DNA from: Octopus sinensis
Lineage: Eukaryota
Direction of reading: 5' to 3'
Assembly: GCF_006345805.1 (NCBI RefSeq)
Contig: NC_042999.1
Location: forward strand, 18,042,001-18,106,000
DNA length: 64,000 nt
Under the pieces are notes generated by a model. That model was not told the DNA's origin. It worked only from the letters and a program-made list of their open reading frames with translations, and made no database searches. The translations under genes and the position numbers were made by a program. Below are positions 39,936 through 51,665 of this stretch, in pieces. How positions within the stretch are numbered: the first letter of the stretch is position 1; every line of letters begins with the position of its first letter.

Positions 39936-40130
39936 GTCGTCGTCATCATCATCGTCATCATCTTCCTCCTCGTCATCATCACCATCGTCATCACTGCCGT
40001 TGTCATCGATGCATCCGTTGTCGTGGCCGACCACAAAGTCGCTTTCTTCATCGTCGTCTTTGTTCTCTTAATGATTATTTTCTTCATCGCCATCCCTGCT
40101 GCCGTCGCCATCGACATTATCGTCATCATA
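39625..40130. repeat. Degenerate (CAT/CAC/CGT)n microsatellite region
   Basis: Read directly; explains the poly-D and poly-M ORFs. Confidence 0.9.
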
Positions 40131-40524
40131 TCAATATGATGTTATTCACCAAAATAATACATCACTATATTAATCCACCATATTAATGACTTCAATTTTT
40201 TTAAAACGAAAAAATCTAATCTAAATTTTATATTGAACAACTAAATAACCTCCTGTTTTGTGATTAGAATCTCGTTCCATTGCAATTAAATCGTCTGGAG
40301 AAACACGTGTGAAAGCCGCCAAAACTAGTTGTCTTCTTTTTTTCCTAAGACCAAAATAGTTCGATTAGTTCTGCTATGTCAGTAGACAGCCGAAAACATT
40401 CTGAGAAAAATTTACTCTATACTGGACGGCATGAACTAAAGTCATTGCCATAAACATAATCTACTCTCTGTGTCCGTCTCTTTTAGTCTGTCTGTCTATC
40501 TGTCTGTCTCTCTGTCTGTACATA

Positions 40525-40776
40525 AATGCGCCCTTTTAAACCCTAACCAGGCGCATGGGACCAGTTTCCCTGTTTCAATGGCATATGTGTTCCCCCCCAG
40601 ATGGACGGGACGACAGTCCATCACAGCGCTACTCATTATTGCCAGCTGAGTGGACTGGAGCAACGTGAAATGAAATGTTTTGCTCAAGAACACAACGCGT
40701 CGCCCGAGCCACGAATCGAAACGACAATCTTACGATCATGATGCGGACACCATAACCACTACGCCAAACGCCTCAA
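40525..40776 (-). mobile_element. SINE group C (V-domain-like centre, tail shared with the 61 kb units)
   Basis: Minus-strand head GAGGCGTTTGGCGTAGTGGTTATGG..GTTTCGATTC, centre TGTGTTCTTGAGCAAAACATTTCATTTCACGTTGCTCCAGTCCACTCAGCTGGC. Confidence 0.8.
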
Positions 40777-41084
40777 CATATTCCTATTTTGTGGATTTTT
40801 GTATTAGTTTTCCTCCCTTCTGAAGTAGGCATTTCTGTAGTCCTGTGGTGTATATTTTGTAATCGTTTTGTAGAAGCATAAGTCCCCTACCACTTTCAAT
40901 ACGTTGTATATATATATAATCTTTCTGGCATATGCTGAGTGGTGTACCTAAATTCTGACATTATTTTTCTTGTTTTCTTGTCCATTTTGATTAGTTCATT
41001 TTGAGTCTAGTTAAGAATATTGTAGCTGTATCTTATAACTAGGACGGCTATACTGCTGATACCTATTATTTTGTTTTTTTCAAC

Positions 41085-41110
41085 ATTATTATTATTATTA
41101 TTATTATTAC

Positions 41111-41165
<55 letters not shown>

Positions 41166-41232
41166 ATTATTATTATTATTATTGTTGTTGTTGTTATTAT
41201 CATCATCATTATTATTATTATGAATATTATTA
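41085..41232. repeat. (ATT)n microsatellite
   Basis: Read directly. Confidence 0.95.
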
Positions 41233-42585
41233 CTAACAGGTACTGTTCCTATGATACTTATAGGTCTAGCTGTATTGATCGTTACTTTCTCTAAACTCCA
41301 TTTTTTTCTAAGTGGTCCTCGGAAACGTCTCAGCAATGGAAGTATTAATATGGATTTCTTCACATCAGGAAGTTTTAAAATTTCTCAACTTTTAACTAGT
41401 CTCGCCCCTGTTCTTGTATGTAAAGCATTTCATTCTGTTGAGATGAAAAATTTGTTAATGATATATCAACGGATAAAGCGGCGAACTGGCAGAAACGTTA
41501 GCACGCCGGGAGTATTTCGTCTGCCTTTACGTTTTGAGTTCAAATTCTGCCGAGTTCAATAAATTAAGCACCAAATTAGTAGAAAAGGATATATCAGCAT
41601 GTGTCTCATCTGACTTTGTGAAACTACAAATGCGGTTTTTTTTTTGTTTTTCAAAAGGGGCGCTTTATTTTAAAGTACTTTGTGGTTCGTTGTTGACATT
41701 GTGGCAGTTTTTCTCTTTCTTTTTTGTTCCCTAATCGAATCATACTCAGTGACAATGCCATGAGCGATAATAGACTATATCCACATGAATTAAATAAGGT
41801 AATTGGCTGTTAGCTGCAGAACTGTAAATGAGTGTTTGATCTATATATTGAATAGAACATCGATTAGTTAACAAAATCGACTCACAGAAATTGTTTTACT
41901 CCACATTTTAGGAGGATTTTTACACTGTATCTTTTACGCTTGTTTTGTTTTCCTGCAAGTAACACGCAGTGCGTGATAGCATTAATATATATCCTCGAAT
42001 GTTTCTACACATTTTATTATTTAATTGCGCTAGAGTTAATTGAATCAACATGATAAATGTAACTATCTTTGATTAAAGTGTAGTCTCCTTAATGTAATGT
42101 ATCCGGTATAAAATAAAAAAACACTAAGACATCACCTGTGGTGTTAATACCTATCAGCTATACACCTGTAATGAAAACACTTAAAACATTAGCATAGAAT
42201 TTATTTATTTATTTATTTATTTCAATATTTTGTTGTTAGAATGTAAATGATCAAAGTAAATCAGAGCCTCGAGTATGGATATTGTGATTCGGATCATATA
42301 ATCAATTGTTGAAAATTAAATATATTCACACATTTGAATATTCTAAAATACTAATATTTTAAAATTTCTTAGATATAACACACTGAGTGGAGACGGAAAA
42401 AGTTGGCATCTAGTGGCTTTAGAAATACATTCAAATAAATTTCTCTTTTGATTCTGTAACATTTACGTTGCTTTGTTTGTTGACCATACATAGAGTTACC
42501 CCAAATAAATCATGCATCTTGATTCACTGATAATTTTGCTGTGTGCAATAAAATTATATTTATCAAGCTGATGCTGTATGAGGGC

Positions 42586-42950
42586 CTATGATATTTCGAG
42601 ATTTCCGGCAGTTACATGTTTTTGGTAATTTCTGTTAGCGAGGCCTTGGTCTAGTACTGCAATTAAAAACCCTTCAGTCTTTCCTTCTCGGTCTGAGCTT
42701 CTCAGCCAGTGTTGGGATTTGTCTATTTCTTCTCTGTTTAGTTTAACCCAGTATTTGCCATGAAGGAGATTATCTTGCCATTGTTTTATCATTACTCGTT
42801 TCCATTCCAGTTTTAGTTTGGATTTCAGTTTTTTTTCTTTTACACTGCTTTTGTTTCTTGTTTTTCTTCCTAGTTCTGAGGTACTATGAATTCTGTTTTG
42901 TATTTGTCACCTTCTTTAAAGACTGAAAATAGTCTCTTGTCGTTTTCGCG
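42586..42950 (-). mobile_element. R4/Dong-clade ORF internal fragment
   Basis: WQDNLLHGKYWVKLNREEIDKSQHWLRSSDREGKTEGFLIAVLDQGLANRNYQKH matches the R4 region between RT and the CCHC knuckle. Confidence 0.8.
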
Positions 42951-44757
42951 TTTTGTTGTGAATAACGAAGTGAACTTATATATGTTGACGCATTATTATT
43001 AGTCCTTCGTTGGTTAACTTAAATAAAGAATGTGAAATACGACTCACAGTAATGGAAAATTATAAAAATTTGAGAAAAATTTAATAAATATCATACATTT
43101 TGATGAAGACGACTTTACATTATTTGCGTCTGCATCTGTATCAGCAGGCGCAAATATATTTTCGTTAAAATTTTCAATGGCGAACCAACCTATGAGTTGT
43201 GCAGCAACAGGTTTTATTTATACGAGTTGCCTAGCTCTGATCGGCGTCATAATTAAACGCTTTCATTTTTATTCGGTTCTATAATATTTGTGTGTTATTT
43301 TTCCGGTCGGAAGCTGTCACACAGCATTAAAAATTCTGTATTTAGGTTTCACTCATTATTTTTTTAAATCGATTTAATCCACCTCGCTCAAATCATTAAT
43401 TAGTTTTATTACATTATGTTAGAAATGTTTCCGATATTGTCTAGATAGGGTTTCCCCATTCTTGACTAATAATGAATTCTTTATTCGTATGGTTAAACCA
43501 TAATCTCACTAATAGCAATTTACATTCCTTGTTGACTCTGGTATGATATGAAGGATAACCTTTATTGAAACTGTGAGCCGGTGAGGTGAAATCTCCCTGT
43601 CAAAACCCTTATGACGTCTTTCATCAAAAATAATGAATTTTAAATTTAATATTATACATATTTTTAAGGGTGCCTCAAACTATCAGTGATGCAAGGAGAG
43701 AATGTGGGGGACCTCATTACAATTTCTACTATATGGAAATAATCCATGTAGACGACTTAAATGTAATCAGAATGGGATTACATTTCAAATATGTTTACAT
43801 GGGGAATGGCTACCAGTTAGAGCTAGGACTTGGGCTGCTAAACAGGAGTACGCAAAAACCGGTCAATCGTATCGGATGCAGAAGGGGCAATTTGGAAACA
43901 AGATAATATTCAAGCATAGAAGGAGGAAATGAGTTCGTACAATGTAATATCAGGCAGATCTGTGGGGTTGTTCTAAAGCGGCTAACCTTCACTCTCGGTC
44001 GAAGACGGAGAGTAAGGCGAAAAGCCGTTAAATCTGAAATATGTGAGGTGGCAAGTGCACAAGACGTCTGATTCAGTTAATCTACGTTAAGAATATACAC
44101 TTATGATCCAGGCTCGTTTGGTGATTTCTTGAAATACGTCAATTCTACTGCAGGTGAACCAGTGTATGCTCAGTGCAATGAGGTGTAGAATGGTTGAACT
44201 GATGAAGGACGCCAAGTACCAAAACATCAGTAGTAATGTGTATCTAATAACTGTCCTAAATATAGGTTGGCATGTTGATCTCATAATTAATGAAAAGACG
44301 GATGACATGTTTCAAGTAGTTATGTAATAACCAGGTTAAGAACCGAAGTGCTTAAATATTTCGTCACATATCTATTGTTAAGTTAACCAAGTCGACAGAA
44401 ATTCCTCCCTTCCTGGCGTTTTAGAGTCAGGAAAAATTCAACAAATTTATTAAGCTGTAATAAAAAATAGTAAAAGATACAAAGAGGGTGTGCTTTTTCT
44501 CAACTTATCAAGACAGGAAGATAGCTTTCAATGGTAAGTTAACTTACATATAGCCCTCTAGCTATTGCGGTCTTTAAACAAATATACACGAATAGATCTA
44601 CCAGCAACAGCACGAAAAACGATAGTAATATAACAGAAATAAAAAACAGCAATCGCTTATGTAAAGCTGCTCGAAATAACACAGTACATGCTGTCACACG
44701 AAGCGCTAGTAAAAGCAGCAGTAACACACACATACACAGACGCACACTCACACAAAC

Positions 44758-44829
<72 letters not shown>

Positions 44830-44889
44830 GGTGTGTGTGTGTATGTATATAATGAGAGAGAGGGAGAGAGAGACAGACAGACAGACATA

Positions 44890-45724
44890 GATACGTTGAA
44901 TAAAATAATGGAAATACCTTAAAATTTCAAACAAATTTATTTTAATATGCGGTAGGACCGCCTTTGGCAGTCATTACAATTTGAATTCTACGAGGTATTC
45001 ACTCGAAGAAAATTTAATTGCTTCCAAAGGATTTTGTGTCCACTCCTCAGCTAAAACTGTCTCCAGTTCTTGTAGTGATGATGGTGGAGGATATAGTCTC
45101 CGTAATTGTCTTTCTGAAATGTACCATTAATGTTCAATAATGTGGAGATCTGCGGCTGTGGTGGCCAGATAAGTTGTTCAACTTCACTAGAATTTTCCTT
45201 GTGCAATTGAGTAAAACCTTTTTAGATTTGTGACTTGATGCATTGTAATCCTGGACGATTCCGGAAACAGTTCCGAAAACTTAGGATGAATTTTATCAGA
45301 TGAAATGCTTACATTGTCTTCAGTAATAATTTTGCCATGAAGAGAAACCATTGGATCGGAGGATTTCCAAGATATAGCACCCCAGCCCAGATCATCACAG
45401 ACCTTCCACCATGTTCAATAGTTGGAAGAAAGCAGTCTGGGTCAAATGCTTCTTTTGGTTTGGCTGTCGCCACATGTATACTCGACCGGTGATCAGAAAT
45501 AAGGTAAATGATAACTTGTCCGAGAAAATAACATGCTTCCACTGTTCTTCCACTGCAATTCTGTAGGTTGTTTACTCCACGCTAAACGCTTTGCAACGTT
45601 TGTTTTTGAAAGTAGTGGTTTTCTAATTGCAGCCCTCCTTTGAAATCGGTTTTGTTGCAGCTACTGGTGAAAAGTTTTTATGGAAACTAGGTTCACAAGT
45701 TGTTAATTAAAATCTGCAGTAATG
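44890..45724 (-). mobile_element. Decayed Tc1-family transposon (transposase pseudogene plus right-end remnant)
   Basis: Minus-strand RAAIRKPLLSKTNVAKRL, WKHVIFSD, WRQPKEAFDPDCFLPTIEHGGRSVMIW, WPPQP, YPPPSSLQELETVLAEEW, IPRRIQIVMTAKGGPTAY* (stop 44942-44944). Confidence 0.9.
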
Positions 45725-45976
45725 CCTCTGCATGGCCGCAGCTCGTGAGTTTAAAATAGATAAAATAAAACATGAAATATAAAAATTATATAGATAGATA
45801 GATAGATAGATCTATCATGGCGTCTGACGTGGCTTTAAACACCCAAACCAGACACCAAGATAGATCTAAGATATTGGTACAGGAGGTGGTCTGAATCTGG
45901 ATACGGATGAGACAACCACTACACACACACACACATACATACATATGTATATGTCTATATATATATATATATATAT

Positions 45977-46588
45977 ATAATAATTCTCTAAACGAGATAT
46001 AGACAGTAACTGCTCCATAACATAAGGGACGTTAGCCATCTGAATGTGGCTAGGGACAGGGCAGGGCGGTGGGGGTGTTACTGATGCATTTAGCCCCAGG
46101 CGATCATCAACGTCACCAGGAGGGCTGACGCCATCACGGCGTCCTCTAACCTGCAAAGGGAGATCATTCCCCGAAGAAGCGGATGCCACATACGGACCTA
46201 GTGCCCTGTCCCTAGCCACATTCAGATGGCTAACGTTATGTTATGGAGCAGTTACTGTCTATATCTCGTTTAGAGAATTATTATTGCTGTCGAACGGATT
46301 TTCTACATCAGTAAATGTATTTACTGTGAAAATCTTTATATATAGCCTGCACAGAGAGTCGTTCGTCGAGGCGCGGTGCCTGTCATTCGTTGATAATAGG
46401 CAAACACCTTGAAACGTATGTGGCATCCGCTTCTTCGGGGAATGATCTCCCTTTGCAGGCTAGAGGACGCCTTGATGGCGTCAGCCCTCCTGGTGACGTT
46501 GATGATCGCCTGGGGCTAAATGCATCAGTAACACCCCCACCGCCCTGCCCTGTCCCTAGCCACATTCAGATGGCTAACGTCCCTTATG

Positions 46589-46592
<4 letters not shown>
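45977..46592. mobile_element. Retrozyme-like element: ~345-nt structured unit as a partial tandem (+, 46202-46592) and an inverted partial copy (-, 45977-46194)
   Basis: Direct repeat 46202-46245 / 46546-46592 (period 344). 46017-46194 is the reverse complement of 46415-46592 with 2 mismatches seen. 45977-46065 is the reverse complement of 46202-46284. (TA)n lies on both sides. Confidence 0.75.
46343..46462 (+). ncRNA. Minimal type I hammerhead ribozyme, U3-A8 core variant, at the tip of a long stem I
   Basis: Core TTGATAA 46390-46396, stem II AGG/CCT, GAAA 46411-46414, palindromic stem III ACGT, predicted cleavage after GTA at 46418; stem I closed by TAGCCTGCA/TGCAGGCTA. Confidence 0.65.
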
Positions 46593-46628
<36 letters not shown>

Positions 46629-48479
46629 ATACTAAGTAATTAAGGATTTAGCAACGATTTGCCTCACCACACACACATATATATATATATATATGTATGT
46701 ATATCTGTGTGTGTCTATGTATGTATGTATGTATGTATAGTTTCTTGTGCAAAGACAACGATCCGGAGAGAGAGAGAAAGAGAGAGAGAACACAAACTTA
46801 TAGATATTCATTAAGCCGCTGAACCTAAGCTTCCCTGTTTAGAACATGGACTAAATAGGCACGTGGCTTATGGCCATTTTCGAAGCAGGGCCACTCGATG
46901 CAGATTCATTGACCAACGCCGCTGCTCATATTCCGAATCTACATAGTGCTATGTTCATATTCGGTGCATGCATCTCCCAGTTGACTGGGATAGGAAAGTG
47001 GAATGCGACACACTTTTACTTCAGTCTTGATTCTCCCAATACTGACTATGTTGTGAGACACAGAAATATGTCTGGCAGTGAAGACAATGTTTTCATAATA
47101 GTATTTGTTCATGTTTCAACAGGGAGAAACTTACTTCTTTTGACGCTGAGAGTATTTCATGCTAACTTTAGGTCCCTTAGAGCTAGTGTCCAATTGGAAA
47201 ACCATTACAACAGCGCACTTGTGTCTTCACTTTTATTTGACATCAGTGGGTTTGCAATAGCCTTGCAAATCAATTTTCTGACAGGTGAAACATGCATTTT
47301 ATACAGTTCCCACGCGGATATCGACAAACTACAAAAGTTCATCCATATCGTGACTAGATAAAATGAAATGTATAAAAATGTTGTCAATCTAGATTTATAT
47401 CCGTTGCTCAAAACTACCAGTCTTGTATCTAAATCAAAATGCATCAACACGAGCTCCCATCTCCTCATTGTCGTAAACTCATCATCGCAAACATCAGCAA
47501 CCTCATCATCGTGGCGTCGTCGTCGCCAAAGTTTCTCTTCATATTCAGATGTCGATAAAGCGTAGATGTGTCAAAGCACTGATTAAATATATAGCACTTC
47601 AAATTCTGTTTTCAAAATCTGAATAAAAATATAGAAACGTATCAGAATCTGTCCTTCAGAAGTCAAAATATATTCTATGATATTATTTAGAATATAAATC
47701 AAAATACTTGTACTCCGTTTTTAGCTTCTTTAATCTTCAATTCCCTCGCAGGCAAAATGCTATTTCCTATATTCTCTTTTTCAATTAGCAGTGTTATTAG
47801 CATAACGTCAGCAATGCAACTAAAGTTACCATTAATCTCTTTTTCACTTACTGTACGAAATAACACAATAACTTAATCAAGAATATAACCCAAAAGTATT
47901 AATATACTAAGTAATAAGATGTCTGTTTATTATTTAAATTCATACGTTTCAATACTTGTTACATTTTCAATTAAATATACATCTTTGAAATATGTATGTA
48001 CAATTTCATATCATATTCCTTACCTATTTAACTATACTCTTCCGTTGCATCTTTTGAACTATCTGTGCTTCGCTTCGTTCAAAAGACATTCTAAAATTAA
48101 TTATATTATGCATTGTTCACGTTTATGTATTTGAAGTGGTTTTCGGGTATTTAAGAACAACGGCAAAAAGTATTTCAAACAGAATCTGGAAGGTAACATG
48201 TTAGAAACATGTACTAGAAGAACCTCTGTCGAATGTCTCTAGGTAGTTTATTCGCTAAATAAGCAGACATTTTAAAAATAATATCCAGTGTGCAATATTC
48301 TAAATTTAATTAATTATTCATTACTAAAAAAAAAAGTTGTAAAACGTAGTGATATTTATGTTTCATAGAGGATTCCAACTAAGAGCAATGCATAACAGCA
48401 TATTATCAAGATTAAATGAAGTTCAATTGAAATATTAAATTCTATATATCAATAGTCGACTTATATGTTCTTAATATAG

Positions 48480-50115
48480 ATTTCAAGTTTTGTCACTGAG
48501 CCAGTGATTTCAGGGGAGTGGGTAAACCGATTACGTCCACCAGTTTGTCTACTTGAAATGATGCTAAGCAAATTCGATCTCCGCGCTCTTTGAACTTAGA
48601 ACGTGAAGACGAACGTGATGTGGCTGAGCATTTTACCTGATGTTCTAACGTTTCTGCCAGCTTGTTGCCTTCTAGGTTTTTAATATATCTCTTTCTTTAT
48701 TACCCACAAGGGGCTAAACATAGAGAGGGAAAAAGGACAGACATGAGTATTAAGTCGATTACATCGACCCCATTCTGCGACTAGTACTTTTTAAATTGAC
48801 CCCGAATGGATGAAAGGCAAAGTCGACCTGGACGGAACTCGAAATCAGAACGTGCAGACGACGTGACGCGGCATTTTGCAATGTATTACTAACGTCTCTG
48901 CCACCTTGTCGCCTTCTACGTTTTTAATATAATGTCGAAGGTGGCGTGGTGGCATAAATATTACAGCACCGAAAAAGATGCTCGTCGACATTTCATCATA
49001 AAGTAAGTGCCAGTTCAAGACTGAGGTAGATGTAATTGACTTACACATCCCGCAAAATTGAAAATTATACCCAAATACTATCAAGAATTGCGACATGGCA
49101 GAATCTTTACAGAGTTATTTCTGAGATAAAATACCGCAGGGGCCGATTTGACTTCCATCCTATCGGGGTCAATAAAATAATCATCAGCTGAGCAGCGAGG
49201 TGTGATCGATGTAATCAACTTACATCGTCTCCCGAACCGGCTGGTCTTGTGCCAACATTTGAAATCATTTTTAGAATACTATCAAGGTGGTTAACTTGCA
49301 GAATTGTTACCGTCCCGGCCAAAACACTTAGCAACATTGCTTCTCCTCTTACGTTTTGATTTCAAATGCCATCGGTGTCGCTTCTGCTTTCCTGATTTGC
49401 GATTGGTCTAATAAGTACCAGCTGAGCAGTGGGATCGATGTAGTCGATATGCCTTTTCCTCAAATTTGCTGGCGTTGTGTGAAAATATGAAGTCAATACT
49501 AAAGTACTATCAACGTTAACATTAATATATTTTTGAAGATTATATCAAACGAAATTTTATGTATTTAGTTTTCTTTAATTATCCCCTAGGGATAATAAAC
49601 CTTATCAGAATTCGGTCTCTCTTACTTGAACTATTGGTTACTCCCGTCTCACGACCGAACATGCTTGATGACGCAAATAAATATATCAATTTTGCCAACG
49701 AAATACCTGAATAACGCTTCCGTTCCTACTTCCTGATACCAAAGCAAAATGCAGTGTGGTGACAATAACGTTAGAGCATCGAGGCAAATGGGTTTCCTTA
49801 ATGTTTATGTAGCTGAACTTCAAATCCTAGTGCCGACAACATTGGCATTCATCCGTAGTCGATAAAATAAAGTGCAATATAAGGCAGCGAGCTGGCAGAA
49901 CCGTTAGCATGCCGGGCGAAATGCGTAGCCGTATTTCGTCTGCCGTTACGTTCTGAGTTCAAATTCCGCTGAGGTCGACTTTTCCTTTCATCTTTTCGGG
50001 GTCGATTAATTAAGTACCAGTTATGCACTGCGGTCGATGTAATCGACTAAATCCGTTTGTCTGTGCTTGTTTTTCCCCCTCTATGTTTAGCCCCTTGTGG
50101 GTAGTAAAGAAACAG
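48480..50115. mobile_element. Dense cluster of about seven family A-related SINE copies of different ages, both orientations
   Basis: Minus copies ~48480-48670 and 48690-48915; diverged plus copies 48940-49875; well-conserved full plus copy 49882-50115. Confidence 0.8.
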
Positions 50116-50404
50116 ATAAAATAAAGTGGGAGTCAACAACGGGACCTAAGTTTACCGAAACTCTCTCCCCAGAAAATACAAGCTCTGCACCTGTTTATGA
50201 AGCTATAATTGATGCTGAATTATGTTGGGTGACATCGATTTAGTTGCTGCTTGATTCAAATCAAGCAGCTACAGAGTGCAGCCTTGGTTCGATAAAATTT
50301 CTGCTTGCTTTTACTATAATATCAGTGAGTAAAGTATGTTAACATATGTAATCTTTTGTTGAAAATTTACTTACACAGTGTATACTAATCGGCAACATTG
50401 TGTC

Positions 50405-50600
50405 TGTGCCAGTTATCACATCAGCACCATACTCTCCATAACTATTCTTACTCTCCTCATCATCATTATCATCATCATCATCATAGTAGTGGTAGTCTTT
50501 GTCGTTGTCATCGTCATCGTTATCGTCGACGTCCTTCTCGTTATCGCCGTCATCAACAACACATAATTATTATTCACCTCATTATAATGATCATCTCCAT
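50405..50600. repeat. Degenerate (CAT/CGT)n microsatellite
   Basis: Read directly. Confidence 0.85.
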
Positions 50601-51406
50601 AAATCTCAGGAAACAACACTATCGGTATAATTCAGAGCACTGTCTATTAACTATCTTCGTTTCAATGAAGTTTTGCAGACATCGATTTTATTTTTATTTC
50701 GTTGCACCCTTTCGTATACCAACCTCATATCAACCTCTTCCTTTGTCGTTCAGCTAATTTTAGCACAAAGAATTCTATTGATTTTAATTAAAAATTAATA
50801 TATTTATTGGGGATTTAAGCATTTAAATATTTTATCAGAAAATGAAACTTAATTTCACACCAATAATTGAGTCGGCTCTAAAGATTCTATAATGTATGAA
50901 AACGTTCAGCATGATTACTAAATATGTTAGTTCTTTTAAAGATAAAGAAAGAAATAAACTATATAAAACTATGTGAAATCTATTTTTTGTTCCTCCTTAG
51001 CTGTCTTGAAGTATAATGATTTTAATATCAACATATGTCAAATTTAGCAACACTTTCTACATTGTAGTTTTCTTTTTCTGTCTGTAATCTGATGGGTCAT
51101 ATTTTCTTTTTCTTATTTTTCTATTTTCTTAAAGAAGATTATCACCGACGAAACAGTAATTAATAAAAAGCAATTACTATCAGGACTTTCAGGAATTCCG
51201 GATAAATATGACCTACATGGTAGTATGAAAGATATTTTGGTTAACAACGAAGACCATGGCAACGACGGGAACAGAAATAACAAAATCCACATCAATTAGG
51301 TAGATGCCTATTTTAAATTGTGACCCCACAGCAAAATGTCGATGGAGGGTCAATTCAATTATACCGACCCCAGTCCTTAAATATTGTTATTTTATAGGGC
51401 ATAACG

Positions 51407-51665
51407 AGGCGAGCTGGCAGATTAGTTAGCACACCAGGCGAAATGCTTGGCTCATCGCTTTAATGATAATAATACTTGGCTTTGTGCTGGATATTTGAAG
51501 GGAATTGTGTGACTCGATTGCATAGACCTTAGCGCTCATTTCGTACTAATTTTATCAACCTCGAGAGGAGGAAAGGAAAATTCGACCTCGGCAGGATTAG
51601 AACCTGGAATGTAAAAGTTTGACGGAATGCCACAAAACATTTTGTCCGACGCATAGCACTAACAA
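51407..51665. mobile_element. Family A SINE head (+) abutting a diverged minus-strand family A body
   Basis: GGCGAGCTGGCAGATTAGTTAGCACACCAGGCGAAATGCTT followed by TTTATCAACCTCGAGAGGAGGAAAGG..CGACCTCGGCAGGATT. Confidence 0.65.

Noticed and set aside
39412-40129. Poly-Asp and poly-Met ORFs resembling acidic or reflectin-like proteins
   Set aside because: Simple (CAT)n repeat open in several frames, with no specific motif.
45866-46626. Overlapping 60-122 aa ORFs on both strands
   Set aside because: Products of a GC-rich inverted repeat running into microsatellite; no domain recognised.
47930-47980. Minus-strand TTGAAAA...GAAACGTA hammerhead-like spacing
   Set aside because: Stems I and II do not form in register, and the AT-rich context makes chance likely.
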